This document shows positions 62,292 to 64,000 of a stretch of 64,000 bases of DNA, piece by piece. The stretch is from assembly GCA_008632985.1 (NCBI GenBank), contig QPGO01000028.1, positions 553,598 through 617,597 of the forward strand, read 5' to 3'. The translations under genes and the position numbers were made by a program. Position 1 is the first letter of the stretch. Each line of letters begins with the position of its first letter. This stretch comes from Psammoneis japonica. Its lineage: Eukaryota. A model generated the notes under the pieces. That model ran no database searches. It had not been told where the DNA came from and saw nothing but the letters and a program-made list of their open reading frames with translations.

Positions 62292-62620
62292 CACTTTCAC
62301 TACTACAAATTGCAAGACAATTGCGCGATTCACGTGCCCGAAGGTGGAATATCGTTGCCCGAAGCAACATTCTCCCTTCGCGCAGATGTCATTTCTACGT
62401 ATGATGTGGTATCAAAATTTTCATTTTGGTCGTCTAAATCGTCCCAGTCATTTCATCAAATGACCTTGTGGTACTCTCCTACGTGATCTACGCAAATCGG
62501 AGCTTCGGGCTGGCTGGTACATTTTCTACAGGCTCTACGTGCGCGAAGCTCGAATTTCAACAATCACCCTTCGGGCACGTGAATCGCGCAATTGTCTTGC
62601 AATTCGTAGTAATAAACGTG
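62292..62620. repeat. Inverted repeat of about 55 bp (62292-62346 / 62565-62620) in a divergent promoter; MITE-like
   Basis: tactac(a/g)aattgcaagacaattgcgcgattcacgtgcccgaagg is present on both strands. Confidence 0.85.
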
Positions 62621-62920
62621 AAGAGGAAGAAAGCGTTGAGAAGCGCGATCCAAAGGCGGGCGCGCGAGATTTGAAGATTTGATGCCAACACGTACGTGTT
62701 TTCCTCGTAGAAGTTGCCGTACGATGACGTCCTCGTACTAAATTTACGTAGAATCTGCTGTGTAGCCCTCTTCACCGCACGTTTTCAACGCGACGTTTTT
62801 GCGCGGGAAGACGATACGTGATCAACTTTTTTTTTCTCGTGACGACGGCTCACTCTTTTGTGTGATTGATTGGGGTCCGCTCATTATCTCTCTCTCTTGT
62901 CAGGCGACGTTGTTGCAGCA

Positions 62921-64000
62921 ATGGTATGTATCAAATCCATACGTATTGGTGCCTAGTTCGTGGCGAGAACTTAAGGAACGAAACTGGCAAAGGTTTGTAC
63001 TTTCTTTTCGCGTCGCACCTCCGCGATGAATCAAAGCTGATTGATGTGTGATCCTGAAGAGTGTACCGTGATGGTTGACGCTGTGACGTTCATCATGCAG
63101 TAAAAAGGCAGAGTAATGCTCAACTTCTGTTTCTTTCCTCGTACAGTCGAACTTTTTCGCGGCGTTGGATGACTCGGGAGATGAAGGGGAGAAAAGGATT
63201 ACCAAGCCAGCCGCCAAGAAAAAGGTTGAGGTAGTTGAACCTTCCAAGCCCGATCGTAGGTAAGAATCTTAAACACGAATCAAAATACACTGCAAGACTT
63301 GACTTGACTTATGTGCTGTGTCTTCAACTCTTATTTGAAATTAGAAAACAACCAAACCATGGCGATCGCAACACAAAGGGCGGTCGCGGTGGTCGTGCCC
63401 CACCCGTGAAGGCAAGCGTGCCTACGATCGTCGTTCTGGAACGGGACGTGGTAAGGAAATCAAAAAGGGTGGCGGTGGTGCACGAAACTGGGGAAACGAC
63501 AAGGCTGATGCTCGCAAGATGGAAGGTGCCATTGATGAAGAAGCAAAGAACAACAACAACAAAAGCTCAGAAGAAGCAAACGAAGAAGAAGAAAAGGAAC
63601 CAGAAGTTGTAGTAGAAGACAAGACATTTCGTATGAAGAGTTCATGGCAAACAAGGAGAAACCGAAATCGGACGCCTTTGCTAGTATCCAAGTCCGTGAG
63701 GTCGAGAATGAGTTTGCAAATTTGAAGACAGCCTCCAAAGGTGACCAAGAGGATTTCCTAGTCATGGGCGGCGGCAAACAGAAACGCACGCGAGAAAAGA
63801 AGGAGGGCAAAAAGACGGTTGAATCTGGATTTAAGGTGGCCGCCTCAACACCTCAGTCTCAAGACAGAAGAGGAGGTCGACGAGACGGCGGTGATCGGCG
63901 TGACCGCCGAGGTGGTGGCGGAAACCGGCGCGATAACCGAGGGCGTGACAGTGGACGCGGTGGAGGCCGTGGTGGTGGACAAAAGAAGGCTTCTGTCGAC
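62921..64000 (+). CDS. Stm1/SERBP1/HABP4-family RGG RNA-binding protein; runs off the window; contains apparent frameshifts
   Basis: ATG, then intron 62924-63146, then SNFFAALDDSGDE. Second intron at about 63260-63344. Motif GKRAYDRRSGTGRGKEIKKGGGGARNWG and an RGG-rich tail. Confidence 0.8.

Noticed and set aside
22255..63640. Programmed frameshifting or mass pseudogenisation suggested by one-base shifts at about 22260, 45807, 53383-54866, 61865, 63403 and 63627
   Set aside because: Most lie in short homopolymers within otherwise well-conserved genes, so sequencing or assembly indels are the simpler explanation.

Overview
Eukaryotic nuclear DNA, most likely from a diatom (short GT-AG introns, a CoDi-type Ty1/copia element, and diatom-type tyrosine recombinase and MULE proteins). 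Islands of ordinary genes alternate with five blocks of transposons and gene fragments at about 11.4-19.8, 23.2-29.5, 31.9-42.4, 46.7-52.5 and 55.6-60.3 kb. The ordinary genes are a RAVE/Rav1-DMXL-like multidomain protein, an alpha/beta hydrolase, an IF1-like ATPase inhibitor, a zeta-toxin-like kinase, a ricin-B lectin, a Tudor-UBA-C5 DNA methyltransferase, a PhoX-like beta-propeller, an SRPBCC protein, a cardiolipin synthase-like enzyme and an Stm1/SERBP1-like protein. The main observation is that the repeat blocks have lost almost all TpA dinucleotides, converted to TpG or CpA (A>G at TpA, on both strands). Older blocks have also lost CpG. Internal controls show this directly: intact versus decayed gene copies, LTR versus LTR, TIR versus TIR, and systematic Tyr>Cys/His at conserved transposon residues. 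The pattern looks like a region-targeted, RIP-like hypermutation that acts on adenine rather than cytosine. An unusual Tudor/UBA-fused cytosine methyltransferase lies between two of these blocks. Several genes have single-base homopolymer frameshifts that may be assembly errors. All counts were made by hand, and family assignments come from motif recognition rather than database searches.
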